From the IMG/VR virus record IMGVR_UViG_3300032216_000338, positions 1-46,956 of that record: a stretch of DNA of 46,956 bases; one strand, given 5' to 3'. The notes under the pieces are model-generated. The model was not told where the DNA came from, made no database searches, and saw only the letters and a program-made list of their open reading frames with translations. The number at the start of each line of letters is the position of its first letter. Position 1 is the first letter of the stretch. Positions 26,906-36,232 of this stretch are shown here, one piece after another. The DNA comes from a virus. Lineage: Duplodnaviria; Caudoviricetes. A program made the position numbers and the translations under genes.

Positions 26906-27104
26906 CGTTCTTCTCCTCTTCTAATTGTTCAAACGCATAATCGGGTACTTTGTCTCCTGCTTCTTTCCGCTTGCGCAAAAAGTCTATTGTCTCTTGTGTG
27001 GTTTTGAATTGATGCTCCCCACCACCTGACCATACCTCGTAGTAGCCGCCCACATGGTAGTAACAGTAAATATCTGAGTCAGCACCCAATCTACAGAAGC
27101 TCAT
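26898..27104 (-). CDS. Hypothetical protein
   Basis: MSFCR...SDIYCY...G.KVPDYA; TGATG coupling and GAGGA RBS. Confidence 0.6.
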   Translation of the reverse strand: MSFCRLGADSDIYCYYHVGGYYEVWSGGGEHQFKTTQETIDFLRKRKEAGDKVPDYAFEQLEEEKNDG

Positions 27105-27307
27105 CAAATCCTCCTCTGACACATGAATGCTTGTTGTTCTACACGAAAGGCTCCTGCGTATTTGCAGTCACCAATCACTCGGCTTTCTGTTTGTACTTGT
27201 CCCATGTACAGCCCGACAAAGAACATAATGAATGCCGCTAGTGATCTCGCCCAGACATTGTTTATCCAAGCGAATACTTTTTTATAGTCTATAGTTTCAA
27301 CGATCAT
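27104..27307 (-). CDS. Small membrane protein
   Basis: One hydrophobic helix, then DCKYAGAFRV...F.C. Confidence 0.6.
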   Translation of the reverse strand: MIVETIDYKKVFAWINNVWARSLAAFIMFFVGLYMGQVQTESRVIGDCKYAGAFRVEQQAFMCQRRI

Positions 27308-27507
27308 TTTCCCGCCTTGCCTGTAAATGTAGGTACGCCCAACTTCATAAAGTATTCGGCTGCTATTCGCGCTTCATCATCATTCATGTTTGATAGATTG
27401 ATGTGATTACCTTCATTAGTTGTGATGGCTTCTATCTTGCCAATCAATGGCTCTTGTTGTGCTAAAAACTTAGCGATGTATTCACGGTGTGGTAGTATCT
27501 CTGACAT
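27304..27507 (-). CDS. Hypothetical protein
   Basis: AAGGAG RBS before ATG 27507; ATGA overlap downstream. Confidence 0.55.
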   Translation of the reverse strand: MSEILPHREYIAKFLAQQEPLIGKIEAITTNEGNHINLSNMNDDEARIAAEYFMKLGVPTFTGKAGK

Positions 27508-27508
27508 G

Positions 27509-27727
27509 TTAGTTATCTCCTTTTCGTCTAATCCATAAGTATTCTTCGCCACGCGTTGCACCTAAACAAATTAAATCCATCTCGGTGTATTCATTCCAAT
27601 GCGTTTGACCATAAGCGGGCGATACGTAAATGTTTCTCTTGGTGCTTTGGTAATGTGGTAGATGCATGATGCCGTCCAACCAATAAACTTTCTGCATTTC
27701 TCTTTCTGCTATTACATCAGTAGTCAT
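27509..27727 (-). CDS. Hypothetical protein
   Basis: In-line ORF; start uncertain. Confidence 0.5.
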   Translation of the reverse strand: MTTDVIAEREMQKVYWLDGIMHLPHYQSTKRNIYVSPAYGQTHWNEYTEMDLICLGATRGEEYLWIRRKGDN

Positions 27728-27998
27728 CGTAGTCATCCTCAATATAGTAACTAGACACGCGATCTTCATTAGCCCTTCGCGTGTTAACCTTCTTCATCTT
27801 CGCTGTGCTAACCTCCTTTGGCGTAAACAATTCCTTCTTTTCAACAACTGGTTTCAAAATAGGGGCGTTGGTCATAATTGATTCCATTGTCTGGAACTGT
27901 CTCTTACAATCAACGCACTTACGGTAACGCTTGACACCGTCATATAACTTTATACTTGTGGCAACGATAGACTTGCCATTGCAATGCGGGCATAACAT
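27717..27998 (-). CDS. Zinc-ribbon protein (NrdR N-terminal / Ogr-like)
   Basis: MLCPHC...RYRKCVDCKRQFQTME. Confidence 0.7.
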   Translation of the reverse strand: MLCPHCNGKSIVATSIKLYDGVKRYRKCVDCKRQFQTMESIMTNAPILKPVVEKKELFTPKEVSTAKMKKVNTRRANEDRVSSYYIEDDYDDY

Positions 27999-28021
27999 TT
28001 AGATATTCACCTTGGGTAGAG

Positions 28022-28057
28022 AAAAAAATAGCGATTCAGGCGACCCTGAACCGCTAT
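28022..28057 (-). terminator. Rho-independent terminator containing the 16-bp palindrome
   Basis: 13-bp stem ATAGCGGTTCAGG-GTCG-CCTGAATCGCTAT followed by a T-run on the minus strand. Confidence 0.75.
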
Positions 28058-28065
28058 ATAAAGTA

Positions 28066-28269
28066 TTACTTGCCGTCTCTGTTACGCTGAAACAGATAGT
28101 CGTTACGAACCTCTGAAGGAGGAACCCAACCATACTTGCGCCACTTAGCCTGCACGTTTGCGCCTGCTGTCCACTTGAAGTTGTCTAGCGCATCTATATG
28201 TTGCCTATCACCTTGGTAAACGTCTGGTGATATAAGATTCTCTTCACCTACGATTTTGAATTTCATCAT
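28066..28269 (-). CDS. Hypothetical protein
   Basis: F.W...ANVQAKWRKYGWVPPSE motif; GAGGTG RBS. Confidence 0.65.
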   Translation of the reverse strand: MMKFKIVGEENLISPDVYQGDRQHIDALDNFKWTAGANVQAKWRKYGWVPPSEVRNDYLFQRNRDGK

Positions 28270-28543
28270 TTAACACCTCCTCTAGTTGATCTACGTTATC
28301 TTCATTTACAACAAGCGGAATGCCGCCACACTTACCAATCTCGTTTAGATTCTTAACCTGAATTGCGGTAGTACGATTGCCATTAGCCTTACACTCGATG
28401 CCTATAAATCTGCCCTTGTAACACGCGACTATGTCTGGCACACCTGCTGTACCGTAACCGCCCATGAAGGGCATGAAGTAATAAGCTCCTAGCTTATCAA
28501 GTGTTGCTTTGACTTTCTTCTTTACCTTCGCTTCAGGTTTCAC
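28244..28543 (-). CDS. VRR-NUC / Holliday-junction-resolvase-like nuclease
   Basis: PEAKVK...GVPDIVAC...IECKA...T..Q. Confidence 0.85.
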   Translation of the reverse strand: MKPEAKVKKKVKATLDKLGAYYFMPFMGGYGTAGVPDIVACYKGRFIGIECKANGNRTTAIQVKNLNEIGKCGGIPLVVNEDNVDQLEEVLNDEIQNRR

Positions 28544-28935
28544 TCCCTATACCCTTTCAAAGATTCAAGCTCTGCGTCAGTCATGATTACTATATACATC
28601 GTATTTGATGCGCGCCAGCCAATCGTTGGCGTATCGCCCTGTGTCTTAAACAAATCTAATCTGGATAGTTTTGTATCCGTAGATAAGACTTCAGGGTTAG
28701 CTGAAACAATAATCATCGACAGCTTGTGTTTAATAAAAACGGGGAGGGTGTCATAGTCAAATATCCGTAGATGATCGTCCCCAACAAATATCGTATGTTT
28801 TGCGCCTTCAATGCGTACTGGCACACGATATACTCCCTCCCCAAACTCGCCTCCAATCGGTGCAATGTTTATATAGTTACGCTCGAATATAAAATCATTC
28901 CACTCTCTTGGTGTATCTGTTGTATCTACATTCAT
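28540..28935 (-). CDS. Hypothetical protein
   Basis: 131-aa ORF coupled at both ends. Confidence 0.65.
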   Translation of the reverse strand: MNVDTTDTPREWNDFIFERNYINIAPIGGEFGEGVYRVPVRIEGAKHTIFVGDDHLRIFDYDTLPVFIKHKLSMIIVSANPEVLSTDTKLSRLDLFKTQGDTPTIGWRASNTMYIVIMTDAELESLKGYRE

Positions 28936-29942
28936 GATGGCATAAATATAAATGATGGTTTAAGTAACGCTGTGTTACCCCAAGAATCTCTCTTGTTGAA
29001 TGCCATTACGTTTAGTTCTTTAATGATTCCCTTAAATGATTCAGGATAGAACCCGCTCTCACCTGTGAAAGTCATGTTGGGATACAGCTGTTGTAGGTGT
29101 GTTTTCAGCATAGCCATAGTAGTAATAGTGTCATCCACTTCCATCACATCATTGACGCGCCTGAATGGCTCCGTTATGTCGCCCTTATAACTCTGCAACT
29201 CCCCCATGTTATCGCCGTGCCCCCACGTAGGTTGCAAACGTATCTTGCCTACCATGAAAGACCCCAACGCATCATGACCCACAACACGCAATGGCTTGCT
29301 AAAAATCTCCTGTAGTTCTTCAAACCTCTTGGCTCTCATACTATCAATCGCTTCGTATTTGTCAAGAGTAACTTTAACTTTTTCCATTGATTCTTTTGAT
29401 AGGGTATCCTTACTTTGATTGTTTAAAACTATCATTAACAATCTATGAACTTCTTCACCCGACAACATACTGTGCTTGCGCGTTTCGCCGAATGTGTTTG
29501 AAATCATCTGCAACATATTGTAAATATCTGAACCATAAACGCACTTGAACATATCGTCTGTAGTTTTGGGTATCAATTTCTTTTCTTCAATAACCTTCAT
29601 TAAAAAATTTACCTTCTTACCAAAGAAAATTAACTTGTCCTCAAAGTCACGCCCACGATCTTTAACCTCCATCACATTACGAATCGCGAACGCTTCTTTG
29701 CTCTTCATCCAATACACTCTGCATACAGGGATGCCGTCCGCACGCGACATGTAAATGTTCGCTCCCTCAATAGTTTCACCAGAGATAGCTAACACTTGAA
29801 GGTCGTACTTGTGCGCCAACTCCCGCACAAGCGGGAACGCTTTGTTATCTGTTATTCGATGTGCCTCATCGGCTGTGAGCGGGAACTTTTCTTCCCCATA
29901 CTCACTCATCCTATAAGCAGCGTGTGTATGTATGATTTTCAT
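28932..29942 (-). CDS. Hypothetical protein
   Basis: 336-aa ORF, AAAGGT RBS. Confidence 0.7.
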   Translation of the reverse strand: MKIIHTHAAYRMSEYGEEKFPLTADEAHRITDNKAFPLVRELAHKYDLQVLAISGETIEGANIYMSRADGIPVCRVYWMKSKEAFAIRNVMEVKDRGRDFEDKLIFFGKKVNFLMKVIEEKKLIPKTTDDMFKCVYGSDIYNMLQMISNTFGETRKHSMLSGEEVHRLLMIVLNNQSKDTLSKESMEKVKVTLDKYEAIDSMRAKRFEELQEIFSKPLRVVGHDALGSFMVGKIRLQPTWGHGDNMGELQSYKGDITEPFRRVNDVMEVDDTITTMAMLKTHLQQLYPNMTFTGESGFYPESFKGIIKELNVMAFNKRDSWGNTALLKPSFIFMPS

Positions 29943-29970
29943 GTTTAACCTTTCAGGATAGGGTGAATCG

Positions 29971-31239
29971 TTATTTATTAAATTTAACCAACTTACCTTT
30001 CGGCGGTTTGAAGTTTCGATTCTCCGTCACTAGCCATAGAGTATCGATGCTAGTCTCCCACCTTGGTCTCTCTTCCACGTAGCCATCAGTAAAGACCACT
30101 ATGCAATCGGGCGAATACTTCTTATCCTTCAGGTAGTCCGACACACACGACACCATAGTGCCGCCACCACCCAATGGTTTAAGAATGTCTTTGATGTTAG
30201 GTGAGTCACCTGCGAACACCTGCTCACCATGTACCTCTGTATCCCACCAGAGTATTCTCACCGTGTCTGGCTTACATACATCACAGATCACCTGCAACTG
30301 ATAAGCGAACGCGCCCAACTCCTCTGTACCAATAGACCCTGACGTGTCGATAGCCACGCATACCTCAGTCAATGTCTCTGTGTCCTCGCTTGGTGCGTAA
30401 ATGTCATTAGCCAAGAGATTGCGATTGAACCTACGCCATGTCAGCTCGTCCTTACCTCGCACGCTGTTAGATACAAAGTCACGGAACTCGTCCTTCCAAT
30501 TGATCGGTATCTCCAATGACTGACTTATCTCACGCGGGATGTTAGCCCCCAGACGACCCGCCAACATACCACCCTCACGCAAGGCTCGACCTACCTTCTC
30601 CTCGTACTCCTTCAACTCCTTGGCATCCTTACCCTCGGCTCCGCTCATGTCATGCTCATCGCTGTCCTGAACGGTGACTTGTCTGCCGTTGATGTTTATG
30701 ACTTCACCCTGACCTGAACCGTTATTCTCATCACCATCGTCAGACTCACAACTCCCGCCTTTGCTACCACTACCTCGTTGCTTTCGTTGCGGATTTTGTT
30801 TCTTTAGTTCGTTGTATATCTCACGTACCGACCACCCATCGAACTTGTGATCGAGTATCGCGCTCTCAGGCAGCTTGCATAATGGCTGTGCTTGATGCTT
30901 ACCTTTGATGTTATCGATGATGTTGTTAACGACTATATCCATTGACACGTTAGCTAGAACGTGATCCTCTTTCATCAAGTCCTTGTGTCTGTGGATATGA
31001 AGTAACGCTACATGCAGATTCTCATGCAGCACCACCGCTCTTGCTTCCTCGTCAGACAACTTAGCCATAAACTCCTTGCCATAACGCTTGTTCTCACCAT
31101 CGGTGTATGCGGTAGGTATACCTTCCTTGACCTCACTCTCACCCATTAACATTACGCTGCCGTACAACGCTGTCTCTGGATGACGCATCATGATGATGTG
31201 ATTCTTCTTCAGTCTTTCTTCGTCTGATAGATATGACAT
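29971..31239 (-). CDS. Metallopeptidase-vWA protein (DUF2201-like)
   Basis: TAYTDG, HENLH zincin motif, MIDAS DTSGS, GGGGT and FTDG. Confidence 0.88.
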   Translation of the reverse strand: MSYLSDEERLKKNHIIMMRHPETALYGSVMLMGESEVKEGIPTAYTDGENKRYGKEFMAKLSDEEARAVVLHENLHVALLHIHRHKDLMKEDHVLANVSMDIVVNNIIDNIKGKHQAQPLCKLPESAILDHKFDGWSVREIYNELKKQNPQRKQRGSGSKGGSCESDDGDENNGSGQGEVININGRQVTVQDSDEHDMSGAEGKDAKELKEYEEKVGRALREGGMLAGRLGANIPREISQSLEIPINWKDEFRDFVSNSVRGKDELTWRRFNRNLLANDIYAPSEDTETLTEVCVAIDTSGSIGTEELGAFAYQLQVICDVCKPDTVRILWWDTEVHGEQVFAGDSPNIKDILKPLGGGGTMVSCVSDYLKDKKYSPDCIVVFTDGYVEERPRWETSIDTLWLVTENRNFKPPKGKLVKFNK

Positions 31240-31409
31240 AATTCATTCCTCACTTTTTTGTATGCCTCGTCATAACCTGCGTTATAAGCGGCGGCGATTG
31301 GTAATGTAAGTGCATCGCTTTTTATATTGCGTTTGTACTCGCTTTCATACTTCATATAAAAAGTGCATGCATCATTGTCCTGTCTAAACAACTCATCGAA
31401 CTCGTCCAT
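31209..31409 (-). CDS. Hypothetical protein
   Basis: Small ORF inserted between the AAA and vWA genes. Confidence 0.5.
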   Translation of the reverse strand: MDEFDELFRQDNDACTFYMKYESEYKRNIKSDALTLPIAAAYNAGYDEAYKKVRNELCHIYQTKKD

Positions 31410-31411
31410 GA

Positions 31412-32512
31412 TTAGAGATACTTGTAGTTGTCTTTAGTCCATGCCTTAACGTCATCATTGTTAGCGGCAAGTTTAGTAGTGCGTTTATTACCCATCAACA
31501 TAGTGAAGAACACCGACTGCAACTCACTATGATTCATACGCTTGATGAACTTCATGTACTGACTAAGCTCGTCCTGTGTTTGTAAGTCATCCACCGCATT
31601 GAACATCATCATGCAAAGTGCAGCCATATCACTCGGCATAGGTACGCCCTCTGGGTTAGCAATTACGTCCTTAGTTTTAATAACCTGCGACTCCATCTCC
31701 ATGTAAACAGACAACGCTTTCGCCGCCGCTAAGCCGATCGTACCTGCAAGTAACACTTCAGCCACCTGTGTACCCATAACTTCACGGTTAACCACGATAC
31801 GATTAGCTTTGTACAATGAGCGAGGAGACACGAACGACACCGCTTGTCCTGCCTTGGTTGGATTAAATATAAACTCATTGTTCTCCTGACCACCGTCCAT
31901 GTATGACGCTAAGCAACGTGGATTCATCGCAACGAACGAACGCAAGGTAGATGACACGCCATTCTCACCCGCCCAGATATTCCAACGCCGCGCATCGGGT
32001 TTTTCCATACGTACCAAACAAATACGATTGCCTTGGTGCGCCTGTACGAAATCGCCTACGCCATCGCTTCCGTTGTTACTTGTGCCAAACACGATAGACC
32101 CAAGTGGCAGCTCCACGTCACCGACCATACGCTCTAACATCAATCGCGTAAACAACACACCCATCAACTTGGGAACCTTGAACGCCTCGTCAAGCATGAT
32201 GACTTTGGGCTTGTTGCTGTGTAACTTGAACAACCCACCGATGTACTGCTCAAGTGACTTTGTCTCGTGGTTTGGGATTGTGCCCGCTATGTCCATATAA
32301 TCTTTTGACGGACAGTCAACGTAGATGTAGTCGTACTTGTCTCCCAACGCTGCGCGCATGTTCTTGAGAATCGAAGTTTTGCCAACACCCGGTTCGCTCA
32401 CTATGATTGGTGTGATGTGAGAGTCTTCTCCCTCAACTGTCTGGGATAGGATTGGAATAACTGTCGCCGCTTGGTCGATAGTAATCGTTTGTGTAAAGTT
32501 TATTTTTGACAT
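31412..32512 (-). CDS. AAA+ ATPase (MoxR/dynein-related type)
   Basis: Walker A EPGVGKT, Walker B IMLDE, sensor TSN, SPRS motif. Confidence 0.88.
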   Translation of the reverse strand: MSKINFTQTITIDQAATVIPILSQTVEGEDSHITPIIVSEPGVGKTSILKNMRAALGDKYDYIYVDCPSKDYMDIAGTIPNHETKSLEQYIGGLFKLHSNKPKVIMLDEAFKVPKLMGVLFTRLMLERMVGDVELPLGSIVFGTSNNGSDGVGDFVQAHQGNRICLVRMEKPDARRWNIWAGENGVSSTLRSFVAMNPRCLASYMDGGQENNEFIFNPTKAGQAVSFVSPRSLYKANRIVVNREVMGTQVAEVLLAGTIGLAAAKALSVYMEMESQVIKTKDVIANPEGVPMPSDMAALCMMMFNAVDDLQTQDELSQYMKFIKRMNHSELQSVFFTMLMGNKRTTKLAANNDDVKAWTKDNYKYL

Positions 32513-32547
32513 GATGTCTTACCTTTCAGGGTTGGGTGAATCGTTAA

Positions 32548-33468
32548 TTAAATGTTGTCGTTACTACGCGGCATAAACTTGGACAGAATATCGTCCACCT
32601 CATCTTTAACTTGCGAACGCGCTGCGTCTGACTCACGTAACATGTCAGCATCAACACCACGCAACGCCATCTCTAATTGTGAGATAACGCCGGACAGTTT
32701 CTCGTCATTCGTCAAATTAAATTCTTTGTACACACGGCAATACTCTTTCGCTTTAGTTACCGTGCCTTCGTAAATCTTGCGTTTCTTTTGCTTCATCTCA
32801 CCATCTTTGCCTACATACTCATCCACGTCACAGCAATGAGACAAACTCTCCATGACCTCGACCAATCTATCTACCTGATCGTTCAGGATGCCCTGAACTA
32901 TTCTTTCCGCTTGTTGGTTGTAATGATTGTTTAAGTCATCAGCCAAGTCCTGTGCTATCGCGCAACGATAGTCCCCCACCGGAATCTCGCTTGTATACAG
33001 AGTGACACCGAACTTGCTACGTACCTCTGCCACATCGGGATAGTCGTTGCGGTTAAACATCTGACCTTGCGCGAACGCCATGTTAGATACCGTTGTTGCG
33101 TAGTTGTTACAGAACTCATCCAACAGACGCTCGAACTCCGTTTTATGCTCATGAAACTCCTGCATGAACTTGGGTAGCGATACGTGCGGCAAATAGTCCT
33201 GCGCTTTATTCCACGGGTATGTTGTGCGTTGCATCCAGTTATAGATAGTCTGGCGATAGTTCAACAGATTCTTGTGGTCTATGTTGTTAGCTAATAGATT
33301 TTTAACGAACCTGCCCGCGTTCACGTCAGCTTTCTTTGCCGTAGTAACCTCATTACTGATAGCCCGATCTTGCTTAGTCGCTGACCAGACGTTGACCTCT
33401 ACTGAGACAAGCAAACCTGCCGTAGCAAGTGACGTGATGTGTTGCGGTTTATTTAAAGAGACATTCAT
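32548..33468 (-). CDS. DUF3150-like helical protein
   Basis: WSATKQD...K.LL...F...DYP....V..KF pattern; upstream partner of AAA+/vWA; AAAGGA RBS before ATG 33468. Confidence 0.6.
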   Translation of the reverse strand: MNVSLNKPQHITSLATAGLLVSVEVNVWSATKQDRAISNEVTTAKKADVNAGRFVKNLLANNIDHKNLLNYRQTIYNWMQRTTYPWNKAQDYLPHVSLPKFMQEFHEHKTEFERLLDEFCNNYATTVSNMAFAQGQMFNRNDYPDVAEVRSKFGVTLYTSEIPVGDYRCAIAQDLADDLNNHYNQQAERIVQGILNDQVDRLVEVMESLSHCCDVDEYVGKDGEMKQKKRKIYEGTVTKAKEYCRVYKEFNLTNDEKLSGVISQLEMALRGVDADMLRESDAARSQVKDEVDDILSKFMPRSNDNI

Positions 33469-33523
33469 CTCAATTCCTTTCTGTGTGGTTAAATAGAACT
33501 TCATGTAATGCTGAATCGTTAAA

Positions 33524-33712
33524 TCAATGTTGCTGGTAATTGCTTCGTCCACCATTTATAAGTATATCATAACTTGACATATTATACAAGCGAATTACTC
33601 CACTTTTATATATGTACCTGTGGGCTAAGAATGCCCCCAATGACATCAACGCAATCGATACGATTAACGCTGCACATATAAATAGAAGCCAGTTGCTAAG
33701 CCTTAGACTCAT
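33524..33712 (-). CDS. Small membrane protein
   Basis: Hydrophobic N-terminal helix; its 3' end overlaps a promoter. Confidence 0.4.
   Translation of the reverse strand: MSLRLSNWLLFICAALIVSIALMSLGAFLAHRYIYKSGVIRLYNMSSYDILINGGRSNYQQH
33561..33589 (-). promoter_or_regulatory. Sigma70-type promoter for the DUF3150/AAA/vWA operon
   Basis: TTGTAT-17 bp-TATACT with extended TG. Confidence 0.65.
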
Positions 33713-34076
33713 TTTGATGTAGCCTTTCATTTCCTTGTTGCTGCAATTGTTTATCACCGCGCATCGGCAAACGCTTAATCTTGTAGAGCAAGTCCTCCAC
33801 GCCCTCATCGGATAAGTGACCCTCAACGTCCTGCGTTATCTCGGTGTCGTACACCAACTCATACGTGTAATTATCTTGGTCGTAGAAAAACCCAAGCACC
33901 GCCAACTCCCACAAGCCTTCATCACCTCCGTAGGTATGCTCTCCCTTGACGACTGACGCTCCGTAACCATTCTCGAATCGGTATATCTTCTGTACTGCGC
34001 CGCTCTCCAATGGTCGTGCCTCTACTGGCACATGTAAGGAAATTTCATTACCTATATCGTTTGTTCCTGTATTCAT
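33696..34076 (-). CDS. Conserved phage hypothetical protein
   Basis: YRFENGYGASVV...YGG..GLWELAVL...T.IT.DV.G.L signature. Confidence 0.75.
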   Translation of the reverse strand: MNTGTNDIGNEISLHVPVEARPLESGAVQKIYRFENGYGASVVKGEHTYGGDEGLWELAVLGFFYDQDNYTYELVYDTEITQDVEGHLSDEGVEDLLYKIKRLPMRGDKQLQQQGNERLHQNESKA

Positions 34077-34219
34077 TTCCATCCCAACCTTCCTTTAGTT
34101 TTGTTAATGTGTGCGAACAAATACTCACGCTCCCAAACGGTACCTTTTTGCCGCCTCAAGATACGTTTGACATCACGTATTGTTTGTTTAATTGACTGCT
34201 TGTTATTCCTTACGTTCAT
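34073..34219 (-). CDS. 48-aa basic peptide (not in ORF track)
   Basis: MNVRNNKQSIKQTIRDVKRILRRQK...; ATGA overlap downstream. Confidence 0.5.
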   Translation of the reverse strand: MNVRNNKQSIKQTIRDVKRILRRQKGTVWEREYLFAHINKTKGRLGWK

Positions 34220-34391
34220 TGCCCTTCCTTCCATAGTCTTTCAATGTCAGGTTGTACATCTCCTCCAATTCATACAGCGCATCTTGCAATACGTCTGCCT
34301 TGGTTATCCAACTCGCCTCACGAAAGTCCGGCGTTACTGTGACCTTCGCTTCGCCCTTCTGATCGTTCCAATTGACTCTTAGCATTAACAT
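34203..34391 (-). CDS. Hypothetical protein
   Basis: KADVLQDALYELEEMYN helix; RBS lies within a palindrome variant. Confidence 0.6.
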   Translation of the reverse strand: MLMLRVNWNDQKGEAKVTVTPDFREASWITKADVLQDALYELEEMYNLTLKDYGRKGNERKE

Positions 34392-34500
34392 AGCGATTCA
34401 CCCCTTCCTGTAGTATTAAATCCAACATCCGGTTAAAGTTTTTATACCCAACGTCACGCCTCTGACGCTTCTTCATTGTTGCTTCACTTACTCTACTCAT
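34318..34500 (-). CDS. Small basic hypothetical protein
   Basis: GGAG RBS, ATG 34500. Confidence 0.4.
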   Translation of the reverse strand: MSRVSEATMKKRQRRDVGYKNFNRMLDLILQEGVNRYVNAKSQLERSEGRSEGHSNAGLS

Positions 34501-34583
34501 GCTCCACCCCACACCACTAGCCACGCTAAGAATATAGCCATGCCTATCATTACCCATAACAACACTTCATCTATGTCCATCAT
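34497..34583 (-). CDS. 28-aa single-TM peptide (not in ORF track)
   Basis: MMDIDEVLLWVMIGMAIFLAWLVVWGGA; GGAGG RBS; ATGA overlaps at both ends. Confidence 0.55.
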   Translation of the reverse strand: MMDIDEVLLWVMIGMAIFLAWLVVWGGA

Positions 34584-34798
34584 TTAACTAACCCTCCCTT
34601 GTTGTTGATGCCTTGTAAGTCTGTGATGTCTGTCACCATCACGTAGTTACTCTTGTGCATTGGTACAACGCACCGCTTGATACTTAACGCTGCGTTGTCT
34701 CCGCATGGCATACAAGTCTTGTACCCCAACGCCCACCGTGCGTGAGCCACGGGTGAGCCACATATAATGCAAGGTCGTGTATGATTCTCTTCACGCAT
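34580..34798 (-). CDS. C4 zinc-finger protein (DksA/TraR-like finger)
   Basis: CIICG...ARWALGYKTCMPC; AGGAG RBS. Confidence 0.65.
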   Translation of the reverse strand: MREENHTRPCIICGSPVAHARWALGYKTCMPCGDNAALSIKRCVVPMHKSNYVMVTDITDLQGINNKGGLVK

Positions 34799-34808
34799 GC
34801 CTGAACTC

Positions 34809-35225
34809 CTAATCAATGTAAGTGGTTCGGTGTAAATCTAAACGGCAATCGTAGTTGCCATGCCTTTGTGCCTCAACGTCTGTCCAATCCTCGCCTATGC
34901 GTATGTATTCCATCGCGTAAGCATCTTCTTGATTACGTGCCCCCGAGCAAAACGTACTGGCAAACGCTTTGAATAAATCCTCCAACGCTTTGACCTCCAC
35001 GTAGTCTGGATACCATTTCCAATCCTCGACCTTGAACACTACCTTGTTGTCATCGAACTCAAAGTATTCATGCAGCTTCAAGCCTGTCAAACTAAACAAG
35101 TCAGGTATGTGTTGTTTAACCCACGCGTTGACTACCTCCTGTGAGCCTGAAGCTTCACTTCGGTCTACTGCGTAGCTTCGTTTTACTGCGTACATGATGC
35201 ACGTCACACTTGATCTGTATCCCAT
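34809..35225 (-). CDS. Conserved phage hypothetical protein
   Basis: MGYRS.V start, WKWYPDY..V and YIRIGED..DVE motifs. Confidence 0.7.
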   Translation of the reverse strand: MGYRSSVTCIMYAVKRSYAVDRSEASGSQEVVNAWVKQHIPDLFSLTGLKLHEYFEFDDNKVVFKVEDWKWYPDYVEVKALEDLFKAFASTFCSGARNQEDAYAMEYIRIGEDWTDVEAQRHGNYDCRLDLHRTTYID

Positions 35226-35226
35226 G

Positions 35227-35532
35227 TCATCGCTCCCATACCCAAGGCATATTGCCTTCGTCAAACAACTCAAGCTGTTTACTGATGTGCTTGTTCTGCA
35301 TGTCTTCCATGTATTCATTCAGCCATACAACGTGTAGTTCTGGGTGCGTCACGTACAAATGCTCCGGTGGTGGGTACATCCTCAGCAGAGTCATAACGCG
35401 CTGCGCTGCGTCTAGGTCTACGCCGTAACGGAAGAACACATCTTCTTTAATTAGATCATCCATTGATAGGTCGGGTGTGTCTATGTGCCACCGTTCCTGT
35501 GCCTCGATCATTGCTTGTTTTAGTTTGCCCAT
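35227..35532 (-). CDS. Hypothetical protein
   Basis: GGAGGT RBS; MGKLKQAMIE start. Confidence 0.65.
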   Translation of the reverse strand: MGKLKQAMIEAQERWHIDTPDLSMDDLIKEDVFFRYGVDLDAAQRVMTLLRMYPPPEHLYVTHPELHVVWLNEYMEDMQNKHISKQLELFDEGNMPWVWER

Positions 35533-35690
35533 GATTTAACTACCTCCTCCAGTTTGGTCATCGAAAAGCTGCTCTTGTTGTGTGTTGCTGTGTTTCTCAA
35601 TTCACGTAACTCTGAAGCGATAGCCAAGGTGCTAGGTGATCTCCATTCGGGTGTTTTGCTGCCTGTGTCGTACAAGTATGAGTTTTTCAT
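35520..35690 (-). CDS. 56-aa hypothetical protein (not in ORF track)
   Basis: MKNSYLYDTGSKTPEWRS...; AAAGGTAAGG RBS; first ORF after promoter 35789-35817. Confidence 0.55.
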   Translation of the reverse strand: MKNSYLYDTGSKTPEWRSPSTLAIASELRELRNTATHNKSSFSMTKLEEVVKSWAN

Positions 35691-35788
35691 GCCTTACCTT
35701 TCTGTGTAGTTCACGTCTACGTGAAGTGTTAAATAACTTTCTTGCTGATCTGTCGGCTAGGCTTGATACATTGCCCCTCGACATTATT

Positions 35789-35817
35789 ATTATACCATAA
35801 CTTTACATATAAATCAA
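35789..35817 (-). promoter_or_regulatory. Strong sigma70-type early promoter
   Basis: TTGATT-17 bp-TATAAT with extended TG; spacer nearly identical to that at 33561-33589. Confidence 0.75.
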
Positions 35818-35836
35818 GGTAGTTGTGTGAGACTTT

Positions 35837-36232
35837 TGTTCTAGGGTAGGTGATGGTTTTGTTCTGGTGATGTGGGTAAAACCGGAACAAGTTTTTACTA
35901 TATGTAGTAGGTTTGGGGTTGTTTGTTCTGGTTTTTAAATGTTGCCGGAACAGTAAGAAAGGGCTGAGATACCGCATAAAACCTAGCTTTTTTAATTTAT
36001 TTATTTAAGATAGATACTATATATAGTGTTCTGTTCTGAGAGAGAAAAAGGGTATGGCTGGTTGGGAGTGTTTTTTGATGCACTTGCCGCGACAGACGAT
36101 CAACCTGAAAAAAACGTGTTTCCTGACCATACCCCCTAAAATCACCAGAACATCGGAACAAGCACGTAAGTCGTTGATTTAAAAGGCGAATTCCTGTTCC
36201 GTAGCCAGAACAACAACAAAATAACCGGAACA
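35837..36232. other. Probable replication origin (iteron-like TGTTCY/RGAACA array, AT-rich core, IHF-like site)
   Basis: 12 hexamer copies in both orientations, AT-rich 35986-36025, TAAGTCGTTGATT at 36167-36179. Confidence 0.5.
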
